Shown: one piece after another, positions 27,351 to 36,078 of the stretch
How the letters are laid out: each line of letters begins with the position of its first letter
How positions within the stretch are numbered: position 1 is the first letter of the stretch
Assembly (NCBI GenBank): GCA_038871515.1
Contig: JAVZHX010000001.1
Span: forward strand, 96,001 to 160,000
Source: Candidatus Micrarchaeia archaeon
GTDB taxonomy: Archaea; Micrarchaeota; Micrarchaeia; Burarchaeales; Fermentimicrarchaeaceae
Length of the DNA stretch: 64,000 bases
Reading direction: 5' to 3'
Translations under genes and position numbers: made by a program
Notes under the pieces: generated by a model
Told to the model about the DNA's origin: nothing
The model's database searches: none
The model's input: the letters and a program-made list of their open reading frames with translations, nothing else

Positions 27351-28619
27351 TCAAGCTGCTTTCGTTACCTCCAGCACCACTCCAGCAGCAACGGTTTGCC
27401 CCATATCCCTTACGGCAAACCTGCCAAGCTGTGGGAACTCGTTGAACTTCTCAACAACAAGAGGCCTCAACGGTTTCACTTTCACAACTGCAACGTCACC
27501 TGTTTTCACAAAGTCTGGATTCTTCTGCAATGTCTGCCCAGTCTTCGGATCCTTCTTTTCAAGTATTTCCGTTATTGTGCACGCCATCTGCGCTGTGTGT
27601 ATGTGGAAAACGGGTGTGTATCCCTTTGCGATTGCTGTTGGGTGCTCAAGCACAACTATCTGCGCTGTGAACTCGCTTGCAACTGTTGGTGGGTTGCTGA
27701 CATGCCCTGCTACCTCGCCTCTCTTCAAATCCTTCTTATCAACTCCTTTAACGTTAAACCCTACGTTGTCACCTGGTTTTGCCTCCTGGAGCGGCTGGTG
27801 GTGCATCTCAATGCTTTTAACCTCTCCCTTTGCCCCAGATGGCATGAAAACAACTGTGTCACCTGGTTTCAGAACACCTGTCTCAACTCTTCCAACAGGT
27901 ACCGTTCCATGCCCCGTTATTGTGAACACATCCTGGACAGGCAATCTCAGTGGTTTGTCTAGTGGTTTTGATGGAACAGTGAATTTATCAAACGATTCAA
28001 CCAGCGTCGGTCCCTTGTACCAATCCATCTTTGTTGGCTTCTTCACAACATTCTCTCCCTCATAAGCAGAGTAGGGAACGAACTGCAAAGCTTCAAGTTT
28101 GTAACCAACGTTTTTAAGCAGTGTGGTAAGCTGATTTTTCAAATCCTCAAACTTCACCCTGTCGTAGTTTACATTATCCATTTTATTTATTCCAACAACC
28201 ATCTGCTGTATCCCAAGCACTTTTGCAAGGAAAGCGTGCTCCTTAGTCTGCGGCTGTATTCCCTCCTTTGCGGACACAACTAGAACTGCTGCATCTGCCT
28301 GAGAAGCACCTGTAATCATATTCTTCACAAAGTCCCTGTGCCCTGGCGCATCAATTATTGTGAAGTAATACTTCTGTGTTTGAAAATCCTTGTGCGCCAC
28401 GTCAATTGTAAGCCCTCTCTCCCTCTCTTCTTTTAACTGGTCCATCGCAAACGCAAACTCAAAGGTTGGTTTGCCAACTTTTTCAGCTTCCTCCTTCAGC
28501 TTCTTCATATCCTGCTCGCTGAGAGAACCGCTGTCAAACAGAATTCTCCCTACCGTTGTGGATTTTCCGTGGTCCACATGCCCAATGAAAACCAAATTTA
28601 GGTGTTCTTTCTCGGCCAT
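27351..28619 (-). CDS. tuf: Translation elongation factor EF-1 alpha
   Basis: [56 protein letters not shown]. Confidence 0.98.
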   Translation of the reverse strand: MAEKEHLNLVFIGHVDHGKSTTVGRILFDSGSLSEQDMKKLKEEAEKVGKPTFEFAFAMDQLKEERERGLTIDVAHKDFQTQKYYFTIIDAPGHRDFVKNMITGASQADAAVLVVSAKEGIQPQTKEHAFLAKVLGIQQMVVGINKMDNVNYDRVKFEDLKNQLTTLLKNVGYKLEALQFVPYSAYEGENVVKKPTKMDWYKGPTLVESFDKFTVPSKPLDKPLRLPVQDVFTITGHGTVPVGRVETGVLKPGDTVVFMPSGAKGEVKSIEMHHQPLQEAKPGDNVGFNVKGVDKKDLKRGEVAGHVSNPPTVASEFTAQIVVLEHPTAIAKGYTPVFHIHTAQMACTITEILEKKDPKTGQTLQKNPDFVKTGDVAVVKVKPLRPLVVEKFNEFPQLGRFAVRDMGQTVAAGVVLEVTKAA

Positions 28620-28695
28620 AATATCCCTCCATCATCAAAATTTGACTTTAGAACCATATTGTTTTGAACACGATTATTTTTAAAGGTTTCTGACG

Positions 28696-29547
28696 TTATC
28701 GTTTTGAAAATTCTGATGACAGAGCACCTCCCACCGCGCCAAGCACCGCGAAGAGTATTATCATTGCGATGAGTTTCAGCAGTATGAATGGTAAGGAAAG
28801 CGACAGATCTGTCACGCACAGCTTTATGGTAACATCTGCCAGTGCAGAATCCATTCCGGATGAAACAAGAAATTCACCAGCTTGAACAAACCAATCCTTC
28901 AGAAGCACTGCGTATACCACATTGAAGAGAGTTGCTATAAACGCTGAAACAACCCCACTTAACCCTCCAAAAAGCAACGCATCGCTGTTTTTGATATAAC
29001 CATTTCCAAACTTATCAACCCTCATCTTGAGAAGATGAACTGTAAGAAAACCACCGAGCACTCCCCATACTAAAAGCAAATTCAAAAATGGAATTCCCAA
29101 AAGAAAACCGCCAACTATCCCTCCAAAAATTGTTGAGCTGACTGCTTCGGATGGTTTGACAGATAACTCAACTCTGGCTCTTGGTATTACTTTCTCTCTT
29201 TTCAGTGGAACAGGCTCCATTATACGCTTGGGTATAACAAGCTCCTCAACGCGCCGTGGTGGTTCAAACTCCTTTGGAAGCTCTGCGGAGCATGAGCGGC
29301 AGTAAAGCTTCCCCTCCTTCTCTATTGCGCAGTCCGCGCAGATTAACCTCTTGCAAGCAGAGCATCTTCCAACTGCCTCTGACTTTGGATGGTTGTAGCA
29401 CTTTGTTGTGGCTCCTCTCATCCGAGCGATGCATTCCTGGCAGTATATCTGACCCTCCTCCTCAACCGCGCATTTGGAACAAACGCCTTTGTTGCACGAT
29501 GAGCATATCCCAACTGCTTCTAATTTAGGGTGGTTGTAGCATCTCAT
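28696..29547 (-). CDS. Tandem B-box-type zinc finger protein with C-terminal multi-pass membrane domain
   Basis: Two copies of CYNHPK-EAVG-C-x-x-C-x-x-x-x-C-x-x-C...YC-x-x-C followed by about four Gly-rich TM helices. Confidence 0.75.
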   Translation of the reverse strand: MRCYNHPKLEAVGICSSCNKGVCSKCAVEEEGQIYCQECIARMRGATTKCYNHPKSEAVGRCSACKRLICADCAIEKEGKLYCRSCSAELPKEFEPPRRVEELVIPKRIMEPVPLKREKVIPRARVELSVKPSEAVSSTIFGGIVGGFLLGIPFLNLLLVWGVLGGFLTVHLLKMRVDKFGNGYIKNSDALLFGGLSGVVSAFIATLFNVVYAVLLKDWFVQAGEFLVSSGMDSALADVTIKLCVTDLSLSLPFILLKLIAMIILFAVLGAVGGALSSEFSKR

Positions 29548-29606
29548 AGTGAAACATATTCTTATGGCTGGTTATTTAAATTTGTATGGGATGAATTATT
29601 ACTCGT

Positions 29607-29681
29607 GGGCCCGTAGCTCAGCTTGGATAGAGCGGCAGCCTCCTAAGCTGAAGGTCGCGCGTTCAAATCGCGCCGGGCCCG
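29607..29681 (+). tRNA. tRNA-Arg(CCT)
   Basis: Cloverleaf with GCAGC-CT-CCT-AA-GCTGA and T-arm GCGCG-TTCAAAT-CGCGC; TATTTAAA box upstream. Confidence 0.95.
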
Positions 29682-29694
29682 TCTCAGTGGTATC

Positions 29695-31029
29695 ATGAGC
29701 TCAATTTTTGGTGTGCTAACCAAGAGAGGTAAGCTAAAGCCAGAAGTTATCAAGGAAATAATTCTTTTTCATAAAGCAAATGGGCCGGATGGATGGGGCG
29801 CGGTTGTTGATGGAAAGTTAGTAAGAAATTATGAGTATAAAGTGGAAATTGATGAATGCAGCTGCATACTCTGCCACACACTTCTTAAAATAAATGATGA
29901 CGAGCTTCAGCCAATTCCCATTAACAATTCATTTCTTTCATTTGATGGATGCGTTTTTTCATCGCTTACAAATAGTGTAAATCAACATGGTATTTTTGAA
30001 GCTGTGAAAGCTGCTGATGGTGAGTTTTCCATCTGGCACTATAAAGAGGGAAGGGTGACACTCCTGCGCGATTCTGTTGGGACAAGACCGCTTTTCTACG
30101 GAGTTAACAAAAACTTTTTTGCTTTCTCCTCAGTGAAGGATGCACTTCACAGGCTTGGAATAATGAATATCACCTCTCTAAAACCAGGAGATGCGCTAAT
30201 CTACGATGGAAAGATGAAGATAGATACATGCAACCCTCTTTCAACTCCCTCTTTTTCCCTTGAGCCAACTTCACTGCTGAAAGATGAGTTAAAAGAAGCT
30301 GTGCTTCGCTCGGTTGAGAAAAGAGTGAAAGGAGTAAAGAAAGTTGGTGTGCTCTTCTCATCAGGAGTTGACAGCGCGCTGATAGCGCACCTTGCAAAAA
30401 ATTTTGATTCTGAATTGTTTCTCTACTGCACTGGAACAGAAAGTTGTGAGGATGTGAGATGCGCTTCGCAGTTTGCTAAAAAAATAGGTTTGGATGTTGA
30501 GCCGATAACACTAAGCGAGGAGCAGGTTATTGAATACTACAAAAAACTCCGCAGTTTATTGCCAAGCAGTGAGCTGATGAGAATTGAACTCGCAATTCCT
30601 ATATTCATCTGCTCTGAGCACGCAAAAAAAGATGGGGTGAGAGTGTTGCTCAGCGGCCAGGGAGCTGAGGAGCTTTTTGTTGGTTATGATAGATACGTTC
30701 AGTGCTTCAGGAGAGGAGGTAATCTTAGAAAGATGCTTTTTGAGGAGCTTAAAGCGCTTCACTCCAAGGATTTGGAAAATAATTGGTATGTGGCTTCAAT
30801 GAATCAATGCCAGTTGCGCTATCCGTTTCTGGATACGGAAGTCATAAGAGTTGCAACTTCAATAAAACCAGAGTTCAACTTGAAGGGAGGAAAGAAAGTT
30901 GTTCTCAGGGAAATATCCAAGGAGATGGGCTTGCCACCTGAAATTTCAGGCAGGCCGAAAAAGGCAGTTCAGTACGGTTCTGGGATACATAAAACGCTCA
31001 TCCGCGCTTTGAGAAAAGGGTTGGTATGA
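29695..31029 (+). CDS. Asparagine synthetase B-like protein with degenerate glutaminase domain
   Basis: RDSVGTRPLFY, PP-loop LFSSGVDS, SGQGAEELFVGY, LRYPFLD, PKKAVQYGSG; N-terminus MSSIFG. Confidence 0.8.
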   Translation: MSSIFGVLTKRGKLKPEVIKEIILFHKANGPDGWGAVVDGKLVRNYEYKVEIDECSCILCHTLLKINDDELQPIPINNSFLSFDGCVFSSLTNSVNQHGIFEAVKAADGEFSIWHYKEGRVTLLRDSVGTRPLFYGVNKNFFAFSSVKDALHRLGIMNITSLKPGDALIYDGKMKIDTCNPLSTPSFSLEPTSLLKDELKEAVLRSVEKRVKGVKKVGVLFSSGVDSALIAHLAKNFDSELFLYCTGTESCEDVRCASQFAKKIGLDVEPITLSEEQVIEYYKKLRSLLPSSELMRIELAIPIFICSEHAKKDGVRVLLSGQGAEELFVGYDRYVQCFRRGGNLRKMLFEELKALHSKDLENNWYVASMNQCQLRYPFLDTEVIRVATSIKPEFNLKGGKKVVLREISKEMGLPPEISGRPKKAVQYGSGIHKTLIRALRKGLV

Positions 31030-31061
31030 TAAAGTTAAATAACCTTGGAGTAAATAAAATT

Positions 31062-31664
31062 ATGAAAGAGGATAAGCCGTTTGTTTCAAGGAGAGTTGCT
31101 GCCTTTCTCAGCCTGGTGATAATACTTCTGCTTGCACTTGCGCTGTATTTTCTGATGGGAGGAATGAAAGCAGGAGTTGTCAACCCATTCCAACAACAGC
31201 AGCAACCGCAGGAGCAGAAGTGGGAGCTGAGCCCGCTTGTGGCAAAATATGTTAGAGCGAACACCACTCCGCTTCTTGTTGTGAACTGCAGATATGCTTT
31301 TGAGGGTTCGGATGCGCTGGGCGAGCAGAGAGGGAGCTACCCTGCTGGAACGGACAGGGAGAACATAGGGAGAGCCTTGTGTTTTGCAACAAATGACAGC
31401 GCATTCTGCAACGAGTTTAAAGGATTCCCGAAATTTTTCAAAGGAGTTTTGAATTTCACAGACTGCAAGGAAGGAAACAGAAGTGTTATTTACGCATTCC
31501 ACAACCCACTCTGTCCAATCTGCGCTGCTCAGAGGGAGGTGCTTGATGAGTTTAGAATTGAGTTTTACGAAAAACTACGCGTTAAATACATCTGCGTTCC
31601 AACAAGCCAGAGGGGGTATGAAGAATGCGCAAGGCAGTATTCAATAGGAAGGTATGATGGCTGA
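31062..31664 (+). CDS. Membrane-anchored thioredoxin-fold protein (CPIC), apparently circularly permuted
   Basis: N-terminal TM; TPLLVVNC segment precedes YAFHNPLCPIC. Confidence 0.65.
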   Translation: MKEDKPFVSRRVAAFLSLVIILLLALALYFLMGGMKAGVVNPFQQQQQPQEQKWELSPLVAKYVRANTTPLLVVNCRYAFEGSDALGEQRGSYPAGTDRENIGRALCFATNDSAFCNEFKGFPKFFKGVLNFTDCKEGNRSVIYAFHNPLCPICAAQREVLDEFRIEFYEKLRVKYICVPTSQRGYEECARQYSIGRYDG

Positions 31665-31673
31665 GGTGTTTTT

Positions 31674-32636
31674 ATGGTTAAGAAGCAGAGTTATATTATA
31701 TTCATTCTTGCGGTGATTGCAACTGCTGTGCTAACATACATTATTGTAAGCACATATACTCAAAAACCGCAGGAATGCCCTCCGCAGAACTGCACTCCTC
31801 AAATGCCAAAGCAGAAACTTGCAGATGTGAAAAGCTTTATTGGGAGAGTGATGGACAGTTACTCGGATTTGCCTTTTGCGGAGAGAGCAACACCTCGCTT
31901 CCTTCCTGAGGAGGGGGTTTGGGAGGAGGTCGTATTGTTGAACAGAACTGGAAGCGCAAAGCTTGTCAGAATAAGGGTGTATGATTCAAACTTAACTTTG
32001 CAGGGAGTTTTTGTTGAAGGGCCGAAGCCAATCTCGCTGAGCAATGATGAGGTTGTTGCAAAGGGAGTTGTGAAGATGGCTGGCAAGTTGAACTGCTCGC
32101 AGGAGAAGATAAGGGCGTTGGTTTTCTTTGATTTGTACTGCCCGCCCTGCATAGCCGGTGAGGAGAAGATTGCCCAGCTGAAAGAAAAGTTCAACAGAAG
32201 CGTGAGCTTTGAGTACAAAATAATATTAACTCATTCATATGATTTAGCTCCAAAGTATGGTTTGGAAAATGTATCGCTTGCTGCTGGTTATCTGCTCTGC
32301 TCAAGAGCGCAGGGGAAACTTGAGGAGTTCAAAAAGTGCGCAATAGAAAAATACATGACGCATGAGGAGGTTCCACTCACGCCAATGGAGCTGAGCGAGT
32401 GCGCAAACTCAACTTCACTTAATGCAACTGCGTTTGATGAATGCATAAAGACGTATTACGTGAATTTGAATTTGGATAGGATGGCTGCAGAAACATATGG
32501 GCTTGTTGGTTCATTGACAACTATCCCAGCTGGCGCACCGGTTGTTGTTGTTGACTGCATGTATAAAGCAGAAGTTAACTACGCAGAAGCAGCAATCTGC
32601 TATGCGCATCCGGAGCTGGAGGAATGCAAATCATAA
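31674..32636 (+). CDS. Membrane-anchored DsbA/thioredoxin-fold protein (CPPC)
   Basis: N-terminal TM/signal; FFDLYCPPC, DsbA-like helical insert, APVVVVDC. Confidence 0.75.
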   Translation: MVKKQSYIIFILAVIATAVLTYIIVSTYTQKPQECPPQNCTPQMPKQKLADVKSFIGRVMDSYSDLPFAERATPRFLPEEGVWEEVVLLNRTGSAKLVRIRVYDSNLTLQGVFVEGPKPISLSNDEVVAKGVVKMAGKLNCSQEKIRALVFFDLYCPPCIAGEEKIAQLKEKFNRSVSFEYKIILTHSYDLAPKYGLENVSLAAGYLLCSRAQGKLEEFKKCAIEKYMTHEEVPLTPMELSECANSTSLNATAFDECIKTYYVNLNLDRMAAETYGLVGSLTTIPAGAPVVVVDCMYKAEVNYAEAAICYAHPELEECKS

Positions 32637-33206
32637 ATTCATTTTTTCCTTCACTTCCTCCATATCCACCAATGTATTCACGCATCCATCCCTTCTCAGC
32701 ATAACTCCCTGCCCAGGAAACTTCTTCCCTCCTCCAAGCTTCTCAACAGCAAGCTGAAGCTCGTTGAAGCACGCAATTCCAAGCACTGCTTTTGGCTTGT
32801 GCTTCTCCACTATGTTTATCACCTGCGAGCCACCGCCAACAATAAAGTATTTCATCCCATTTTTTTCGCATTCCTTCACTATTTCATTTATCACACATTT
32901 ACCACACTTCAAGCAGTGATAACCATCCTCATCTATCGGCATCTTGCACTCCTTTATGTTTCTTAAACAGTGGGGTATGAAAACAACTCTATCCTTTTTT
33001 GGAACTGTTTTGTAAAAATCCTTATTCAGCCCATTGTGAAGCTCAATTATTGTGTACTTCACCCACTTATCATCAAGCACTCCAATATCGTGAGCTATTT
33101 TATTTGCTATATCGCTGACAGATGCATGCAAACCAACTGCAAGCGCTCTCGCTGCAAAATCCTTTATCTTCATCTTTATTCCATCCTCTTTCAGCTCAGT
33201 AACCAT
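32631..33206 (-). CDS. DUF116 domain protein
   Basis: RVVFIPHCLR, C-x-x-CGKC-I, IVGGGS, GIAC, DGCVNT. Confidence 0.85.
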   Translation of the reverse strand: MVTELKEDGIKMKIKDFAARALAVGLHASVSDIANKIAHDIGVLDDKWVKYTIIELHNGLNKDFYKTVPKKDRVVFIPHCLRNIKECKMPIDEDGYHCLKCGKCVINEIVKECEKNGMKYFIVGGGSQVINIVEKHKPKAVLGIACFNELQLAVEKLGGGKKFPGQGVMLRRDGCVNTLVDMEEVKEKMNL

Positions 33207-33247
33207 ATCAACCCCATATTTTTTTGCACTCGCTACTTAAAATACGT

Positions 33248-33910
33248 TTATATTTTCCTCATAACTACGAATAAATGATCCTTATCAAATGGGGATAGCT
33301 CGTGTGTTTCAAGAATTTCAAATTTTTTACTAAGTCTGTCAAGTATTCTCTCATAAACTTCTTTTGGTTTTTTTGTCACATCAACGCTTTGAGATTTTAT
33401 TGCCATCATTGCGTAACCACCTTTTTTTAGAAACATCTCAGCGTTCTTCATCATTATCTCATCCTGCTCTGGCTGTGCAACATCCTCATAAATAACATCA
33501 ACCTCTCCTACTTCTCCTTTGTAGCTTTCAGGTTTTCTTGCATCCGCAAGCAAGGGAAGCATGTTTCCTCTCTTTTCACATACATACACCAAATCCCTCA
33601 TAGCCCTTGGGGCGAACTCAACACAGTAAACAACTCCTTTTCTTCCAACAATGTCTGAAACAAAGCTTGCTGTAACCCCTGCAGCTGCACCAAGGTAAAG
33701 AACATGCGATTCGTTTTTTATTGGCATACTTTTCATTCCTTTCATTATTGCAGCTGCAAGCTTGCTCCTGTACGGATTCCAGTATCTGTATTGAATTCCG
33801 TTGATTTCAACAAGCTTCTCCCCATGAACCCGAAAGTTTTTGATGAGATTCTTTGTTGCAAGCTTACCTTCTATAAGAAAAACTCCCTCAAACTTTTCCT
33901 CAACTTTCAT
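33248..33910 (-). CDS. flpA: Fibrillarin-like rRNA/tRNA 2'-O-methyltransferase
   Basis: YR-WNPYRSKLAAAI, VLYLGAAAG-T-S-VSD, DARKP, DVAQPEQ, L-PFDKDH. Confidence 0.96.
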   Translation of the reverse strand: MKVEEKFEGVFLIEGKLATKNLIKNFRVHGEKLVEINGIQYRYWNPYRSKLAAAIMKGMKSMPIKNESHVLYLGAAAGVTASFVSDIVGRKGVVYCVEFAPRAMRDLVYVCEKRGNMLPLLADARKPESYKGEVGEVDVIYEDVAQPEQDEIMMKNAEMFLKKGGYAMMAIKSQSVDVTKKPKEVYERILDRLSKKFEILETHELSPFDKDHLFVVMRKI

Positions 33911-34005
33911 TCTTTCGCCTCTTTAATCCTCCCCTGAGCAACTTTTGCTCTCGCTCGAATCGGCTTGCACGTTGGAGTATAACTCTGCATATGCTTCCTC
34001 CAGCT

Positions 34006-34164
34006 TCACTCTCTTGCTTTTGGCAACCCCTTTGCAATCACCGAGACAGCACAGTCATCATCAACAAACCACATACATCTCTCACCAATGCACTCCCCTG
34101 TGCTTGAGCCAAAAACTCCAACTCCCTTCTCAGCAACAAACATCAGCGGACATCTTTTTGCCAT
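34006..34164 (-). CDS. Small Cys-rich hypothetical protein (52 aa, putative metal-binding)
   Basis: Own translation MAKRCPLMFVAEKGVGVFGSSTGECIGERCMWFVDDDCAVSVIAKGLPKARE; strong GAGGTGA RBS; below the ORF-track cutoff. Confidence 0.65.
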   Translation of the reverse strand: MAKRCPLMFVAEKGVGVFGSSTGECIGERCMWFVDDDCAVSVIAKGLPKARE

Positions 34165-34178
34165 ACGCTCACCTCAAG

Positions 34179-34266
34179 CGGGCCCGGCGGGATTTGAACC
34201 CGCGACTCCCTGGTTTCCTCACTTATATAAAAGCCAGGTACTCTGGCCAAGCTGAGTTACGGGCCC
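34179..34266 (-). tRNA. tRNA-Lys(TTT) with 13-nt canonical 37/38 intron (34215-34227)
   Basis: CCTGG-CT-TTT-A[TATAAGTGAGGAA]A-CCAGG; acceptor GGGCCCG/CGGGCCC; T-loop GTTCAAATC. Confidence 0.92.
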
Positions 34267-34302
34267 GCGAAACTTTTAGAATTGTGGAGTTATTGATATA
34301 TA

Positions 34303-35955
34303 TTATTTCCTGAGCTTCTCCTCCTCTTTTTTTATTTTCTCATCGCTCACCTTTTCAAAAAGAGGTTTTGGCGTTTTTATCTTTTTGCCAGCAGGAAGAA
34401 GCTCCTTATCTGCATCCTCCCATGTGATTTTTTTATTTATCTCAAGCTGCGAGAGCAACTTCTGGGATGAGAAAGGTAGATAAGGAGAGAGAAGAACAGC
34501 CAAAGTAGTCACAGCTCTCGAGCAAACATACAAGCAGTTTCTTATTTTTCTCTCATCCTTTTCTTTCCACGGCTCCCTCTCGCTTAAGTAGCGGTTGAAC
34601 TCAGAAGCAAGCGAGTTTATCTCCTCCAAACCCCCCTTGAAATCAAACGCTTCAATTCTTCTCCCAACAGACTCCTTTCGCTCACTTATCAGCTTCAGCA
34701 GCTTCTCCTCCCTTTCATCAAGCTTCTCTGGTTTTGGTATTTTGGAGTTGCATGATTTATTTATCAGCACAAGCGTTCTGTGTATGAAGTTGCCTATGCA
34801 TGCAACCAGCTCATTATTCACCTTCTCCTGAAAATCCTTCCAGTAGAAATCCGCATCCTGCACACTGTGCGGAGTTATCATAGTCACATAATACCTCAGG
34901 TAATCTGCTGGGAATGAATTGAGATAGTCTTCCAACGAGACAAACCATCCCTTGCTTTTTGAAAACTTTCTTCCCTCAAGATTTAGGTAACCTCTTGTGG
35001 GAATTGCATCTGGTGGCTTGAACCCCTCCCCAACCTCCATTAACATAGCGGGCCAGAATAGATAATGATGATACACGATATCCTTCCCTATGAAGTGCAC
35101 TATTCTGCACTCCCCTTTCCAATACTCCTCCCAGTTTTTCCCTTTCTGCTCCGCCCACGCAACAGTGGAGCTTACATAACCAATTGGGGCATCAAACCAC
35201 ACGTAGAGAACTTTGTTTTTCTCTCCAGGTATTGGAACACCCCATTCCATATCCCTTGAAATATCCCAGTCTTTCAACCCCTCCTTTATCCAATTCAAAA
35301 GATAATTTACCACTTCATGCTGAAGCTCCTTGTTTTCCTTCAACCACTTCTCAAGCTTTGGCGAGAGCTGGCTGAGCTTGAAAAAGTAGTGCCTGCTTTT
35401 CCTTGCGGTTGGCTTTGAGCCACATGAGGAACAGCGAGGTTCAATAAGCTCACCTGCTGCAAGCGCCTTTCCGCACCCATCGCAGTAATCGCTGTACTGA
35501 TTATCTGCTCCACAGTGGGGGCACCTTCCAACCACAAACCTGTCTGGAAGAAACCTCTTGCACTTTTCGCAGTATGCCTGCTCAACTTCCTTTTCGTAGA
35601 TTAACCCTTTCTCCTTCAGTTTTAAGAAAAAGTGCTGTGCCATCTCTTTATTTTCTTCTGAGGAAGTTCTGTGAAATATATCCATGCTGAAGCCAAGCTT
35701 CTCAAACTCCTCCTTATCCCTTTTGTGGTAATACTCTGCAAACTCCTCTGGCTTCTTCCCTTCCTTCTCAGCAGCCGCAACAATCGGGGTTCCGTGCTCA
35801 TCGCTTGCGCATATGTAAACTGCATCATTCCCCACAAGCCTCTGGTAGCGAGCGTATATGTCCGCGGGAAGATACGTGCTCCTTATATGCCCTAGATGAA
35901 GAGGGCCGTTTGCATACGGCAGAGCTGCAGTGATTGTTATTTTTATCTGAATCAC
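34303..35955 (-). CDS. metG: Methionine--tRNA ligase (no C-terminal tRNA-binding/dimerisation domain)
   Basis: ALPYANGPLHLGH, SDEHGTP, Zn knuckles, YVWFDAPIGY, HFIGKDI, KFSKS. Confidence 0.97.
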   Translation of the reverse strand: MIQIKITITAALPYANGPLHLGHIRSTYLPADIYARYQRLVGNDAVYICASDEHGTPIVAAAEKEGKKPEEFAEYYHKRDKEEFEKLGFSMDIFHRTSSEENKEMAQHFFLKLKEKGLIYEKEVEQAYCEKCKRFLPDRFVVGRCPHCGADNQYSDYCDGCGKALAAGELIEPRCSSCGSKPTARKSRHYFFKLSQLSPKLEKWLKENKELQHEVVNYLLNWIKEGLKDWDISRDMEWGVPIPGEKNKVLYVWFDAPIGYVSSTVAWAEQKGKNWEEYWKGECRIVHFIGKDIVYHHYLFWPAMLMEVGEGFKPPDAIPTRGYLNLEGRKFSKSKGWFVSLEDYLNSFPADYLRYYVTMITPHSVQDADFYWKDFQEKVNNELVACIGNFIHRTLVLINKSCNSKIPKPEKLDEREEKLLKLISERKESVGRRIEAFDFKGGLEEINSLASEFNRYLSEREPWKEKDERKIRNCLYVCSRAVTTLAVLLSPYLPFSSQKLLSQLEINKKITWEDADKELLPAGKKIKTPKPLFEKVSDEKIKKEEEKLRK

Positions 35956-36078
35956 CTCACTGGAAAGTTACCCCTTGCGAATGTATTTAAATTCAACTCA
36001 CGTAAAGTTGACTAGCAAAAGGTATTTATGCACTACTGTATAAAAATACCAAACACTCTTTTTAAGAGGATGGGGTGA

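Noticed and set aside
31191..31217. CAA/CAG microsatellite-like run
   Set aside because: Short Gln-rich linker (QQQQQPQEQ) with mixed codons.
35956..36078. Possible replication origin upstream of mcm (TTCCAGTG on the minus strand, short dyads TCAACT/AGTTGA and GGTATTT/AAATACC)
   Set aside because: Only a partial single ORB-like match, overlapping the metG RBS; no repeated ORBs and no cdc6/orc1 nearby. Better explained as divergent promoters.
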